Shown: piece by piece, positions 41,466 to 53,583 of the stretch
Layout: each line of letters begins with the position of its first letter
How positions within the stretch are numbered: the first letter of the stretch is position 1
Assembly: GCA_000182565.2 (NCBI GenBank)
Contig: KQ257451.1
Strand: one strand, 5' to 3'
Length of the DNA stretch: 64,000 bases
DNA from: Spizellomyces punctatus DAOM BR117
Taxonomy: Eukaryota
Notes under the pieces: generated by a model
What the model was told of the DNA's origin: nothing
What the model saw: only the letters and a program-made list of their open reading frames with translations
The model's database searches: none
Translations under genes and position numbers: made by a program

Positions 41466-43553
41466 TCAGAGCTTGTCATCCCAATGCGACCAGTGACGTT
41501 TCGGTCTTCGTCCAGATGAACTCTCTGAAATCTCTTTGGATTCATGCAGTGCATGTTTTGCAAGATGCTTACCATCCTCATTCCTATCACTACCAGCCTT
41601 ATGTTTGATTTGCGACCGTTTATTCCCACCTCGGACGTTCTTTGAGGGTTGTTGGTGATTGTACAGATACAGGTTAAGAAGTCTTCTTTCCTCCGCTGGA
41701 CTGACATGGGGGAATCTACACTTGTCTCCAGCGAAACAGCCCTTTCCATTGTTGAAATATTTGCAAAACGGGGCTGTATTATTGTATCCACCATTCAGGC
41801 TCAGGATTCGATAATTGTAATCCATCCAAGTCTTGGGCCGGGATTCACTCTCTGGTGATCCCTGGACGAAATCATCGCTGACGTCTGCTGGCTTCTTCCC
41901 CTTTGCAACATTCTTAGATGCATTCGAGGAAAGTAAAGTGACGCCAAGTTTCCTCCATTGTTCCTCCGATGCTTCGATGTCCTCTCTGTCTGCCTCTTGA
42001 GGAGTGCTAGTACTGTCCGTGACGGGTATATCTCTCCCGTCAGTTTCCTTTTGATCTGTTGGGTGAGGAGAGTTTGCAGTATAGTCTGAGAGGTGTCCAT
42101 CGATCTGTTCGACCACGCATGAATGGAAAACACTTGTATCCGGCTGATGGCGTTCTCTCGGTCTCTTGACCTCGTCCGCAGCCGCATGAGCTGTTTCACA
42201 GAGTACCCTTTCCTCCAACGACATCTTAGGGTAGTCAGCAAGTATTAACGGTTCCGTAGGAGGACATTCAGGTACTTTGTCATCGGGTTCGACTGTATCA
42301 ATCAACTTCGACGTTGTTTCCGATAATTGATCTTCCGCTGCAGCGTTATTGGCACTGATATCATCAGTTGGAGATACATTGAGTTCTCGAGCATTGTTCT
42401 CGCTTTCGGATTTTGGATCTACGAGATTGAGATGATCCTGCCGTTGTTCAGAAGATTCGTCGATGGTTGTGGCCAGCTGCGTCCTGCCCATGATATCCAT
42501 ATTCCCGCTGCTTTCATTTTGCTCCTCCGCCTCCAAAGTGCTATCAGCTGTAATGTTGACAGTTTCGTGGTCAACGCTATTATTTCTTTCTTCCTGAGCC
42601 TCATCTGTCACTCCGCAAAGGGTCTTGGTGTCGGTTACGCCGTTTGGAGGTAGACCGCCAGCCCGGCTCTCCTCTACTGAGTTCTGCACTCTATCTTTAA
42701 TGGACTCTCCTTTCTCAGTTTCCAGCACTGGTTCTTTTGAACAGGTCACATCTGGCGAACAGGCTACCAATGTGCTTTTGGTGGTTTCGTACACTGGGCC
42801 GTGTAGTAGTTCAATCCTCGCAACAGCCACATCGGAAGAGACATCCCCGCTGACAGAAAGCCGTTCTTCTTTTTCGGTTTTTGACTCGGTATCTTGTAGA
42901 TCAAACGTAAGGTTCGTCTTGGTAGGCTCTTCAAAAAACGGCGGGCACTTCAAAAATGGAGCAGAGACCAAGATGAGCTCAGGGGAAGGGTCTTTGTGAG
43001 GAGTAGTGGCGTTCGGTACAGGGGAGTTAATATATTCTGACTGATCTGGCCCGGTTTGTCCAACAGGAACCTGGCAAAATGCAAAATAGTTACGCGATTG
43101 TATTTGTATATGACTTTCCAAAGCTTCTTGCATGCTTGTTTACCTCTAACTGGATCTGCTGCTCGTCTTTCTTGGAATTCTGAGCCAAATTAACAGTCGA
43201 GCTATCGGAATCAAGATGTTGCCCTCTGAGGTTCAAAGAATCGCCTATGGTCTTATCCAGCTCCTCGTTGTCGGAGTCGCATATAATGTTGCGTCCTTGG
43301 GTCTCCTTCTCATATTCCAAGCGCTTCACGTCTTCCTCAGCTGCTCTTGCAGAATTTTGATACATAGGATCGACTGATATGGTACCCATATCGGCAGCCT
43401 AGCAAATTCGAGATCAAGATAAAACAAAACCCAAGGAAACGCGTTTCTGTAAGCAAAAACACTTACAGTGGACTGGTAGTTGCCTACATCTTCATTGATT
43501 TCTTCTGAAGTCGGATCGGGCATATCTAGCGATGTGTTGCACTCAAGCGACAT
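41466..43553 (-). CDS. Acidic disordered protein with a C-terminal CCCH zinc finger; multi-exon
   Basis: FCKYFNNGKGCFAGDKCRFPH (C-x8-C-x5-C-x3-H) in the 555-aa ORF; upstream ORFs 43090-43389 and 43326-43553 carry splice donors. 5' structure less certain. Confidence 0.72.
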
Positions 43554-44085
43554 AACAAAGGCTCGGCTAGATGCAGTGGGAGATATAGAGCGGATGCCTC
43601 TTAACTACTATCAACTTAAACAAAAGGATGTACGAGTAGATTGATTTGCATAGGGAAGATGTGAATGTGGTCTGGGCCCCTGCAATTGAGTGTTGAACGA
43701 AGTAAAACTATGAAGGAAAGCTTGCGGAAAGACTTTCGAGAAGTGGCACAGTTGTGGCTTGCGCAAGCTGAATCATCATCTTGCGCGATCGCGGTGTCCT
43801 GGAGGCCACGTCACGACTACCTTCCGGTTTGACTTTCGCTAAGGACGACTGGGAGACGAAGAGCATATTGACGAGGAAGACTCATTGTTATCTAGATTTG
43901 CGGCGGGGCTCATGGATGCGAGACTCTCTCTGAAGGAGCGGACACACAAAACAATATTTACCAGTTGGACAGGGAAAGCCGAGAGAGAAAATTTCAAAAT
44001 AGAATCAAGAGGACAAACTGCTATTCAACTTCACATGCATTGTTTCATGTTGTCGGCACTCGATGTAGAATTACAGCTCACAGCC

Positions 44086-44675
44086 TCAATCTTTCTTTGC
44101 CCTCTCACTCCTTGCAACCTGTAATTCCTCCTCTCCTACAGAAGTTTGCATCAACAGGCACGTTACAACAAGCACCCCAACCGCTGCTTGCCAAACCGCC
44201 ACCTCCCACAACATCTTGGCCTCCACATCCGCCTTTTGTCGGACGCTACCCGCCAACGTCTGAATAATAGGATGCACTTTGAGCACGTAGGCTGCTACTG
44301 CCGTGGCAAAGGAGAGAAAAGAGAGGAGGTTGACAACACGATGAGTTTTGTTCACCAGGGTTTGGCCAAATGTTGAGATGAGGATGAGGGCGGAGATGCC
44401 GATTGTCACATATAGGAGGTTGGTAGGTTGGTTCGCGACATTGCGATAAAAGGTCTGAGATACAGATAAAATTGTACATTTAGAGTGTAAGCCAAGTCTG
44501 AAAAAGTACAAAATAGCCAACACACCACTGCTTCCTGCCTTTGAAGGGCGCTGACTTTGGACTTGAGGGTAGACAGATCGGCACCAATATGCGGCCACCA
44601 AACATGGTCAAAAACGGCCCGCGTGAAAAGCTGTCCACCTAGGAAGCCGAGTAGGATGTTTGGAAGGACGCCCAT
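44086..44675 (-). CDS. Four-TM membrane protein, remote Shr3 (amino-acid permease chaperone)-like; 2 exons
   Basis: Four hydrophobic helices with Shr3-like spacing: LLGFLGGQLF...FD, FY...P, LSFLSFATAVAAYVLKV, LWEVA...LLMQ, then a charged tail ending AKKD. Confidence 0.6.
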
Positions 44676-45274
44676 GCTGGGGTGTTCGTATGAAAGAGCG
44701 GATGCTGAGAACTGCGATGAAGCAATCTGCTGGAGAGCCGCGTCGCAATGTTGAGAGGAACGTGGGCCCCGTCGTGATCACATGACCTCAAGATGCACTG
44801 CGGCCCTCTTCACATTGTGTCGTTCATTATATCTTGCAATGTCAAATAGCATGTGTTGACAAGTAGAGCCTTGCTAGTTATCAAGCAGCATAATTGATAT
44901 ATGAAGCCGTTGTCAACACGCCCACGGCGGTTCTTTCAATGGATACGACGAAACGTCGACAGGATTGATTTGGCTGTGACGTGATGAGTCAAACTGAATT
45001 ACCCAATGGCGCTGATCACATGCGCGTCCCTGCCTTGGTCCATGTCGTTTTAAGTTTTACGCTTTCCAGCACGGCCCAGCTGCTAGTAAACGTCGCCAGA
45101 TACTCACTCCTAGACCCCGCTAGGATTTGGGATATTCCCTGCGGTCGCCGAACTACCCAAGGACAATAAACAGGAACAAAAACAAACAAAAAGCAGTTTT
45201 GTAACACTCCGTAGCAAGCCTTGTTGCTGCATATCGTTTAAACGAGACCAACTGCTACATATACCTGCCGAGAA

Positions 45275-46069
45275 ATGGGCCTCATTTTCAAGAGATACCT
45301 TGAAGCTCCTACCCATTGCAATACCCGGATTTTTGGCTGTAGCGAGTGCAAGACCCATCTATCTACCTCGGAGGATATCTTGTCAAAGGTAGGCTGCGAA
45401 GCAACAACACAGCAAAGGCTGAGAATCTATCTGACTATTAACGAATGATCAGGCTTTCCAAGGCCAACATGGGAAAGCCTATCTGTTCAATCATGTGTAA
45501 GTTTCGGGCATGGTTGCCACATTGAGTAACAATTCTCACATCGCCTTGTGTACCCCTCCAGTGTTAACGTTCTGGAGGGTCAGCCTGAGGACCGGAACAT
45601 GACCACTGGCTTGCATACGGTCAAGGATATCTATTGCACTTACTGTCAAACAGTTGTAGGGTAGGTTCCGTTATCTGTCATGTTTGCTTAGGTCATCGTG
45701 CTGTCGCTTGTCTCCCAGACCTGACAATTCAACCGAATCACTCGCAGATGGAAATATGTGAGTGATATCCTTCCCTTCTTTGTAACGTCCTCTTCCGTAT
45801 GTGGCCAAAATGGTTGACGATAGGTGGGCTTTCTTCTTTTCATCGCAAAATACCTTGCCCTCCCCGTTCCTCCATCCGTTTCCCGAACCATGTCACGTGC
45901 CGTTTCCTTCTTGGCTATTTCTCCCCTTTTCTTTGCCTGTGAATACATATCCGTGCTCAACGTCTCTTCTTGAATCTGTATTCAATAGGAGAAAGCCTAC
46001 GAAGATAGTCAAAAGTACAAGGAGGGCAAGTACATCCTGGAACGACAGCTTATGTGCGAGGTGCTATAA
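45275..46069 (+). CDS. MOH1: Yippee/YPEL (Moh1-like) zinc-binding protein; 5 exons
   Basis: MGLIFKRYL...CSECKTHL...AFQGQHGKAYLF...[44 protein letters not shown]. Confidence 0.93.
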
Positions 46070-47309
46070 TGGGTTTGCTTGGATGGTAGGATACCAAATT
46101 TTCCCTCTGATTTGAGATGTGTGACGGACCTTTGTCTTATTTCTGGCATTTCCCGACATGACCTATTTCAACTCCGGCTTCGTAAAAGATTGCTGCCCTT
46201 CGAATCGGTTTTTCGGTGAATTGTATATCAAGTTTTATTCCCCTGTTTATGTATTTCCCTTTCCTTGGTCGAGAATGGTTTTGAACGGCCATCAAGTAGT
46301 TATAGTTTCCCTGTCCTCAGTTGATTTGACAATGAAATGTCTGTTGCTTAATACGAAGGATGATTGCATTCTGTACTTCCTAATTTCTTCGACACCAGGG
46401 ACCGTAGAGGAGCGCGTGGCAATATACATTTGTCGATGCAAGTGTCCTCGCTGTCCATTGAACTGAAAACAGATCGAAAACCATAGAACAATAGTCACTT
46501 TCGATGGTGACAGGATGGTACGTTTCGTACACATCTGGCGACCAAATACTATTAGATCCAAAGTCAAATCGACCGACGTGAATAGTTTGCCGTTAGATGG
46601 GCACCGCCGTCACATCGGAGAAATTCTGTGCTACGAATAGCAACATATCTAACGATGAAAGATTTAATCCCTCTGGACGTGACCTCTCTATTTGAAACCC
46701 ATGATTTTGGCCCATTGTTAAACAATCCGTAGGCATGAAGGATAACTTTCTAAACACTGCGTTTTGTTATACACTGGCAGAACTGTGTACGAGGTTGATG
46801 AAGAAAACGTGGTGCGACACATGGAATCCACAATCTCGTAATGTAGAAGAAACACACCAGAGAGGCCCCGCCTTTGTGTCAGCATTGCACTTTTCCAGCC
46901 GAACCACTCGTAGGCTGCCCACAGCCCGACCGCCATCTCCTGGCGGCGTACAAAACTCACCGGTAGACCGCGAGCTGACACGCGACTAAGCATTGTGTCA
47001 CCATCAAATCCCATTGACGCGCCTCGAGATCCGCTTTGCATTTGTTTATTTTCACTTTGTTTAGAAGCAAAACGCTAACCCTTACATCCAAGAGCGATGC
47101 AAATGACTGCTCATTGGTTGACAGTGGCCGCTGTGGGAGGCACCACTAGGGTGTGCTTTGGGGGAGCAATGAGACAATTCTTTATTAATGGGCGTAGATA
47201 AAAAGTCTCCGGGATATTTCACACATCTCGTTCTTCCACATTCACGTTTACACACCTCATATTTTCAAAGTATTTTTTGCTTGCTTTGCAGACTCAATCT
47301 TTTGCAGAC

Positions 47310-48726
47310 ATGCCCGGCATCATCGTCGATGTACCTCCAGCCCTTGACTTTACTCAATGGATCTTCACGGCTGCCTTGGTGGGTTGAGTCCGTATTCCGC
47401 CGTTACAGGTGGCAGGAGACTGATACATCTTTGGAACTGCAGATTTTTCACATTCGCTTGGGTATTGAGCTTTACCAGTTTGGTAAAGGCTTCAAATATC
47501 TCAAGCTGCGGAACGGAAAGTTGAACTGGCTTGCGATCCTTTTGCAGGGACATCTTGTTGCTGCTATTATTGAGGTACGATAAACGACGCTGTGCTACAA
47601 CGGTTACGTATAAGCTAACCGAATGGCCATTGACAGGCATCACTGATGACTATCATGTTGGGAGGTTTTGTCAAGCAACAATACTGGTAAGTCAATTGGT
47701 TCTAGTAATTTTACTATTCAGAGCTCCTTACTCCAACCTCCGTCATCATCAGCCAACCCTTCATCCGCGGTGTATATTCCGTCTACGTCTTCGATGTCAT
47801 TTGTATCAGCACCGTCCTATACTTTCGCGCCTTTAAGGTTAACAATAGAAATAAGTACCTCCTTCCTGCGGCATTTTTCTTCCCTGCTTTGGAAATTGCC
47901 TCGCGTATTACCGAAGGGGTTTACATTGATGGCACGATTGATGCTTCGTACGTTCCACCAGGAATGCTTTCTCCCTTCTATGGTAAGTAATGTATTCCTG
48001 CGCTTTCTTTATTGCCTACCCTAATCTGCAGATTGGTTTATTTAATAACAGGGTTCTGCGGGGCTCTTTTTGGCTGGCCTACAACCTTCATCACCGTTGC
48101 TTCCATTCTAAACGACTGCGTACAGATGCTCATGTTTGGTTTCCCTATTTACATGGCGATCAGGTAACTTTCAGAGTCACTCTTTTTCCATGAGCACAAA
48201 TTCATCTTTGGTGTAACAGGAAATCGCACGGATTCGGTGCAACTGGCACATATACCAAGATCTTGTGAGTGACGCCAGCTTAACATCGTGCAATGGTGGA
48301 GAACCTAACATCCTTACTCGGGGAATAGGATGAACAGTGCCATCTACCTCGCCATTGCCGCCATCTTTTACATTGCATCCGCTGCTCTTGGTTCTAATCA
48401 CAACACTTGGGGGGCCGTGACCTGGCGTGAGGTTGCCCAGCTAGCGCACACTCTCGGGGCTTGTGAGCTCCAGGTTGGTTTTTTCATTCTCCTTTTCGAG
48501 CTTTGAACGTATCAAAATTGAATTTCTTTCATTTTTGCAGTTCAATGACCACCGAAAGACAACCGGATCATCAGGTGCAGACTCTGCCCCTCAACCTACA
48601 TCTCACACCATGGGCGGAAAAGGCTCTATGGCTGGCAGGTCTGGTGCCATGCTAGTAGATGCCATTCCCAGATTGCCCGTCGACAGTACCTCTACCTCAA
48701 AACTTCATTCCGACCAACACTTTTAA
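47310..48726 (+). CDS. Orphan seven-TM GPCR-like membrane protein; 7 exons
   Basis: Hand splicing through six GT-AG introns gives one open frame with about 7 hydrophobic segments, a Cys at the start of TM3, a Cys in the TM4-TM5 loop, LYFRA at the end of TM3, and a Ser/Gly-rich tail. Confidence 0.65.
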
Positions 48727-49116
48727 GCAATTTGCGGGAAGTTCCGGAGGGACGTGATATCTTCCTCTGTTCTCAGTTTTAGTCAGTAGTTCTTTACAAT
48801 TAGATGCGCGTATGTCATAAATGGGTATATACCCCTTGCGTGTAGAGAGACTCCACCACCAAGAACGTAGGACGATCCCAAGACCATTGTAAGGCGGAGA
48901 CCACAAAGAAGACCCTCGTAGTCGTATCATGGTGCAAACATAGCTCTCGCTCATGGTGAAGTAGGATATTTGGCCGGACCAGAGTTACATGCTCGTGAAA
49001 ATCAAGAAATATAAAATCCTATTCTGCAATTCAATTGTCTACTTGACTCTAAATCCAACCGGGTATACGTGACTCTAGGAAGTTCCTAGGCTTTGAGTAT
49101 CTGTAGACACAACTAT

Positions 49117-50277
49117 CTAAATCATCATCCTCCTCATCAAAGTCCTCGCACTAGAAACATGCAACAAATTCAAATAAAATGGGATCGTTAGCGTTTGACC
49201 CATTCTCAATCTCGGGTTCAATGTGTGCGGGCGTTCCGTTCCACACGGTTTGGGTATCAAGACCGGACGACGGAGCGGTGAAGCATGCGTGTAAGTAGGC
49301 ACCGGCCGACCTATGGGGGCAGTTGTCGCGGTTGTTGTTGGATGGGTTTGTATCGCTCTCCGCCATTTAGTGAGAGATTTTATGATATTTTCAGTCAGCG
49401 TGGTTGAAACGGGTGTAGGGATGGGCTTGGGAGAATTATATATAGGAAGGAAATTTAAAGCGCGGCCTTGTTCAAATGATCCTCCTGGGAGAAAATGCGT
49501 CCTAACCATACGGTAGACAACATCCGCAGGTGGTGTGGCCGGGATACGAATAATACGTTGTTGTCGGCGGCTGAGGGATGCAAACTGACGGGCTTGCTGC
49601 GAGGGTGTGTTGCGAGACATTGATTCTGGGGACGATGATCGGTGGAGGCGTGCTGTTGACGACGACTTGCTAAAGTACGACAGAACAGCGGGAGTTTCAG
49701 TGTCGTGAACGTGCAATCGATGTGCGATGGCATCCAGGTTATCATCTAATCGTCCTCGATGCGCCATTCGTCGACGAAGGACACTCTGGGGACAATGAAA
49801 GTACAACACTAAATGTGGTGACCCAACCGCCTTGTTAAAAAGTTTCGCTTGTTCGAGACTCCGAGGAAATCCGTCCACAAGTACGCCTTTGGTTCCTCGC
49901 GGCAGCTTCTGTACCGCATTTCTTAAGACTGCCATAACAATCTCATCGGAGACCAATTCGCCGCTGGCCAGCAGCGTAGCCACTTCTCTGCCAATCTTGG
50001 TACCTAGCTCGACCTCCTTCCTCAGCAAATCTCCCGTGGACAGATGTGCGAAGCCAAACTCATTGGCCAATTGAACACATTGCGTCCCTTTTCCTGACCC
50101 AGGGCCTCCCAGAACGAGTACAATCGGAGGAAGACCGTTCAAACCCTGTTGGCATTTTGGAGAAGGGAGGGGTGCAGACGTCGTCGTCATACGGGGTGGC
50201 CATCGCCCGGTTCTAAAACGATGCACCCAATCTGCCCTTTCCGATGTGTGGCTATTTGTGAATGTATGTCGTCGCAT
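49117..50277 (-). CDS. Adenylate kinase / UMP-CMP kinase family (short LID) with basic extensions; intronless
   Basis: P-loop VLGGPGSGKGTQC, HLSTGDLLR, GELV, LVDGFPR, RGRLDDN. Confidence 0.9.
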   Translation of the reverse strand: MRRHTFTNSHTSERADWVHRFRTGRWPPRMTTTSAPLPSPKCQQGLNGLPPIVLVLGGPGSGKGTQCVQLANEFGFAHLSTGDLLRKEVELGTKIGREVATLLASGELVSDEIVMAVLRNAVQKLPRGTKGVLVDGFPRSLEQAKLFNKAVGSPHLVLYFHCPQSVLRRRMAHRGRLDDNLDAIAHRLHVHDTETPAVLSYFSKSSSTARLHRSSSPESMSRNTPSQQARQFASLSRRQQRIIRIPATPPADVVYRMVRTHFLPGGSFEQGRALNFLPIYNSPKPIPTPVSTTLTENIIKSLTKWRRAIQTHPTTTATTAPIGRPVPTYTHASPLRRPVLIPKPCGTERPHTLNPRLRMGQTLTIPFYLNLLHVSSARTLMRRMMI

Positions 50278-52121
50278 GATAAAGGGTCTATAAATACCAC
50301 AGCAGAAAACGGTCTTTGTCGTTTAACGCGACTAAGTTAAACGTCAGAAACAAAAAGACACGAGGTAGGCTGGGCAAGTGAGGATCCTTGATCTTTTATA
50401 ATTGTTGATAGCATGACTTCGTTTGTTTACGTGGTGGCTATTTTTTTTAGCGCTTGTTGACTGCACTGCTGCCACACTCCGCCCTATCAGGATAAGCTTA
50501 CATAATGCATTTGGGGGCTTTGACTTGCTGGGTGCGGTAACTGCGCTTGAGAACAGGCGAGGTAATGCGCAGCTGAAAGTACTCCAACAAGACTTCTACA
50601 TTGCCTTCCTTCAGCACGGCCACATAACAACTACCGCTTGGTGTACAATGTGAAGCAATTGGAAACTACCGAGAAATCACTGTAAAAATTTCGCCATTCC
50701 AAGATGGATTGCTGGTGGCCGTAGTGATAGGGGGAGCAATCTCGACCTTTGCAAGTTCCTTCATTGAGAATACCTCAACAACGTCAAGAACTGGTAGACA
50801 TCTGCCATAATACAACGCACCACATTTATCATGCGGAGTATAGGGCAGGGGTATCATAGTGCTGGAGGCTTTGCACCATTTAAATTTGAGAGTAATACTA
50901 GTTGGCGGCCCAACAATGTCCATCTCCAACAGCATCGGCCCCAACCAGCGAAAATTTCCATTCCATTCAAGTATGCCTTTAAAATGTATCTCAATGCACT
51001 GCCTTATTCCTTCCGTACAACAGTGGTTTTGGCCATCTCCTTGCTATGATATGAACTATCGATCAAGAGATAAACAGGTAACTGGATAGCTACGCAAGAA
51101 AGAGTGGCTATGGTAGAGGGTGTGGAACAAGAACAGCGCACAGCACCAAGAGCACGGCAGGAATGGCCACTGAATTGGCGGCAGAATGTAAACATTTTGA
51201 CCGCCAAATTACACAGCAACCATAGACGTCCTTTTGCTCAGGTGAAGGATGGACATAGGGAAGTGAATTGAGATGTGAGTAGAACTAGATGTTATTGATG
51301 ACTCGGAAGGAAGAAGATGCACACGTCTTGCGTAGGACATGAAATCACACACAAAATTTAGTGACGAGATAAAACTGCGGGTCAACCAGCACCGTACATT
51401 CTGGAAACAGAAAACAGTCAATAAGACATCGGAAAGGAAAGGACTAGGCAAGGACGGCGGCTGCTAGTGATTCAAGCTAGCAGTGAATAAATCAGTGCAA
51501 AAAGGGACCTTGCAAGAAATTCATGCCAAAACCATTTCGCTCCGGAAGATGTTTTCATCTTTCCTTTTTCCCTTCTCTTTATCATGCACATTGCAAAGGG
51601 ACAGCGTCAACAGCCCAATCCGCACCTTTCTAGTGCAACCTTATCTCTCGTAACCGACAACCGACAGAAATCTGGGTTCTCGCTACCCATTTATATCTGG
51701 ATCAGACCAACCTAATTCATCCGTCAGCCCGCAAGTTATCATTCAATAGTACACGCCTTTTGTGATTGGTATCGTTTGGATTGTGGCAAGCATTACCGTC
51801 CGCCCCACTGGACATGCCGGATATAGCTAAATGGCATTACGCAAGAATTCAAGCAGGAGCGTGTCAATAATGGAGACATTTTCGACATGGAGGACGGGCG
51901 GTATTCCGATTCATGCAATGATGGATATTGACCTGATCTTACGGAATTTCCCGTTAGTTTCGCTCGCAAGCGCCCATAAGCTAAAAAGAAAAACCCCGCC
52001 CTTGATGCCGTCATTGTTCCGATGGGTTTGCGTTAGCGCTATGAAAAACGTTGGCGCGGTCGCGTGCATTACTGTCACAATACGCAATCATCCCTCGTAT
52101 GCAAGCCCCCCCAGCTTCCCA

Positions 52122-52128
52122 TATAAAA
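52122..52128 (+). promoter_or_regulatory. Putative TATA box of the caleosin gene
   Basis: TATAAAA about 60 nt upstream of ATG 52189. Confidence 0.45.
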
Positions 52129-52188
52129 AGCGCTTTCTCATGCATATTCTTTTTACGCCATTCGACATAAAAAAAGCTCGTAAACATC

Positions 52189-53299
52189 ATGACAGCCAAC
52201 ACACTTGCAGCTCAAGGCGTCTCCAGTGTCCCATCTCCAGTTGACAAGGGAGATGCTGCGACTAATGCTCGTCGAGATTCGGGCCATGGGACTCCCGTTC
52301 CTTTGGAGGAACAAGTGATCGTTTCTGCTGTTGACAAGTGCCCGGCTACCAAAGCATTTCCTGTTCCAGAGGATTTGGACAAATATATTAGGAACCCAGG
52401 TAGGTGTCGAGCCAGGATCCATCCCCGAATCAGTAACTTAATGAGATCACCGAAAAGGCTGTCCGCGCGCTAATGCTGCCCCGAGTGCTGAGCATCCTAC
52501 GGGCTCCCACGACAACAAACGGGACCTTACTGTCATGCAACAACATATCGAGTTTTTTGATCGAGTGAAGGATGGCATCATTTGGCCTTGGGAGACATAT
52601 GTGGGATTTCGGGCAATTGGATTCAACATCGCGTTTAGCATTATGGCCGTCTTTGTAATTCATGGTGGATTCAGTTACTTTTCGATTGGTGAGTCGCTTG
52701 CGTGATGTAAATTATGATCCTTGGAACCTGAATTAATCTTCTCTGACATGGGTTTCAGATAGTTGGATTCCTCATCCTGGCTTTCCAATTTACATCAAAA
52801 ATATCCATCGATGCAAACATGGCAGTGATACCGGCACATATGGTGAGTCCGCAGCAATGCAGCGCATAGCTTGATGGCCTATTCTCATGCTATGATATCA
52901 GACACGGAGGGACGATACATTCCTCAAAGGTTCGAGGAGATTTTCACAAAATTCGACAAGACAGGAAAAGGTGGTCTCACCTTGCGCGAAATTCTCACCA
53001 TGACCCGTGAGATCCGGAACGTTATGGACTTTTTTGGTGTCTTTGCAAATCTTTTCGAATGGGTGACGCTTTGGCTTCTATGCAAGGATGAGCACGGTGT
53101 TGTGAAAAAGGAGCAACTCCGGAGAGTCTACGTAAGTTCTGTGTCCGTTGGTTGTTGGGAACGGTGCTCTAATTTGACATCTGCGGTCCAGGATGGAACC
53201 TTGTTTTATCACATTGAGAGCGAGATCAAGGCAAAGAAGCAAGAAAAGCTGAAACAGAAACAAGCCAAAAAGCAAGCAGCGAAAGCAAAGCGGGGCTGA
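52189..53299 (+). CDS. Caleosin/peroxygenase; multi-exon
   Basis: RANAAP, MQQHIEFFD...GIIWPWETYVGFRAIGFN, proline knot [38 protein letters not shown], FEW...DGTLF. Confidence 0.93.
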
Positions 53300-53583
53300 A
53301 GGGAATTATGCATGCGTCGGTTTTAGTTCGAGATGGGATTTTTTTCTTTTGGCTGCAGATATAATTTCAGTCTGTATAGGAGCTGGAAATTAGCAATCTC
53401 TTTTGTGTATTTTGCAAATATAGCATTTTCGCAAGATATCAACTGTTGATTTTGATGATGCGGCTACCGTCACGTGTCGTCAATCACCTATGTCACATCT
53501 CTCGTCGTAAGTGTTGCGTCTTGAGCATCAACTCCATCTAATTTTCGTTGCTTATACGGCCATAGTTGGAACTCTATACATCT

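Noticed and set aside
46980-50336. Identical 11-mer ACGCGACTAAG upstream of the 7TM gene and the adenylate kinase
   Set aside because: Many chance 11-mer matches are expected in 64 kb, and the match does not extend.
50400-52100. Short ORFs in the long adenylate kinase-caleosin intergenic region
   Set aside because: No recognisable motifs or consistent exon chain, and no terminal repeats; treated as non-coding, though a small or decayed gene cannot be excluded.
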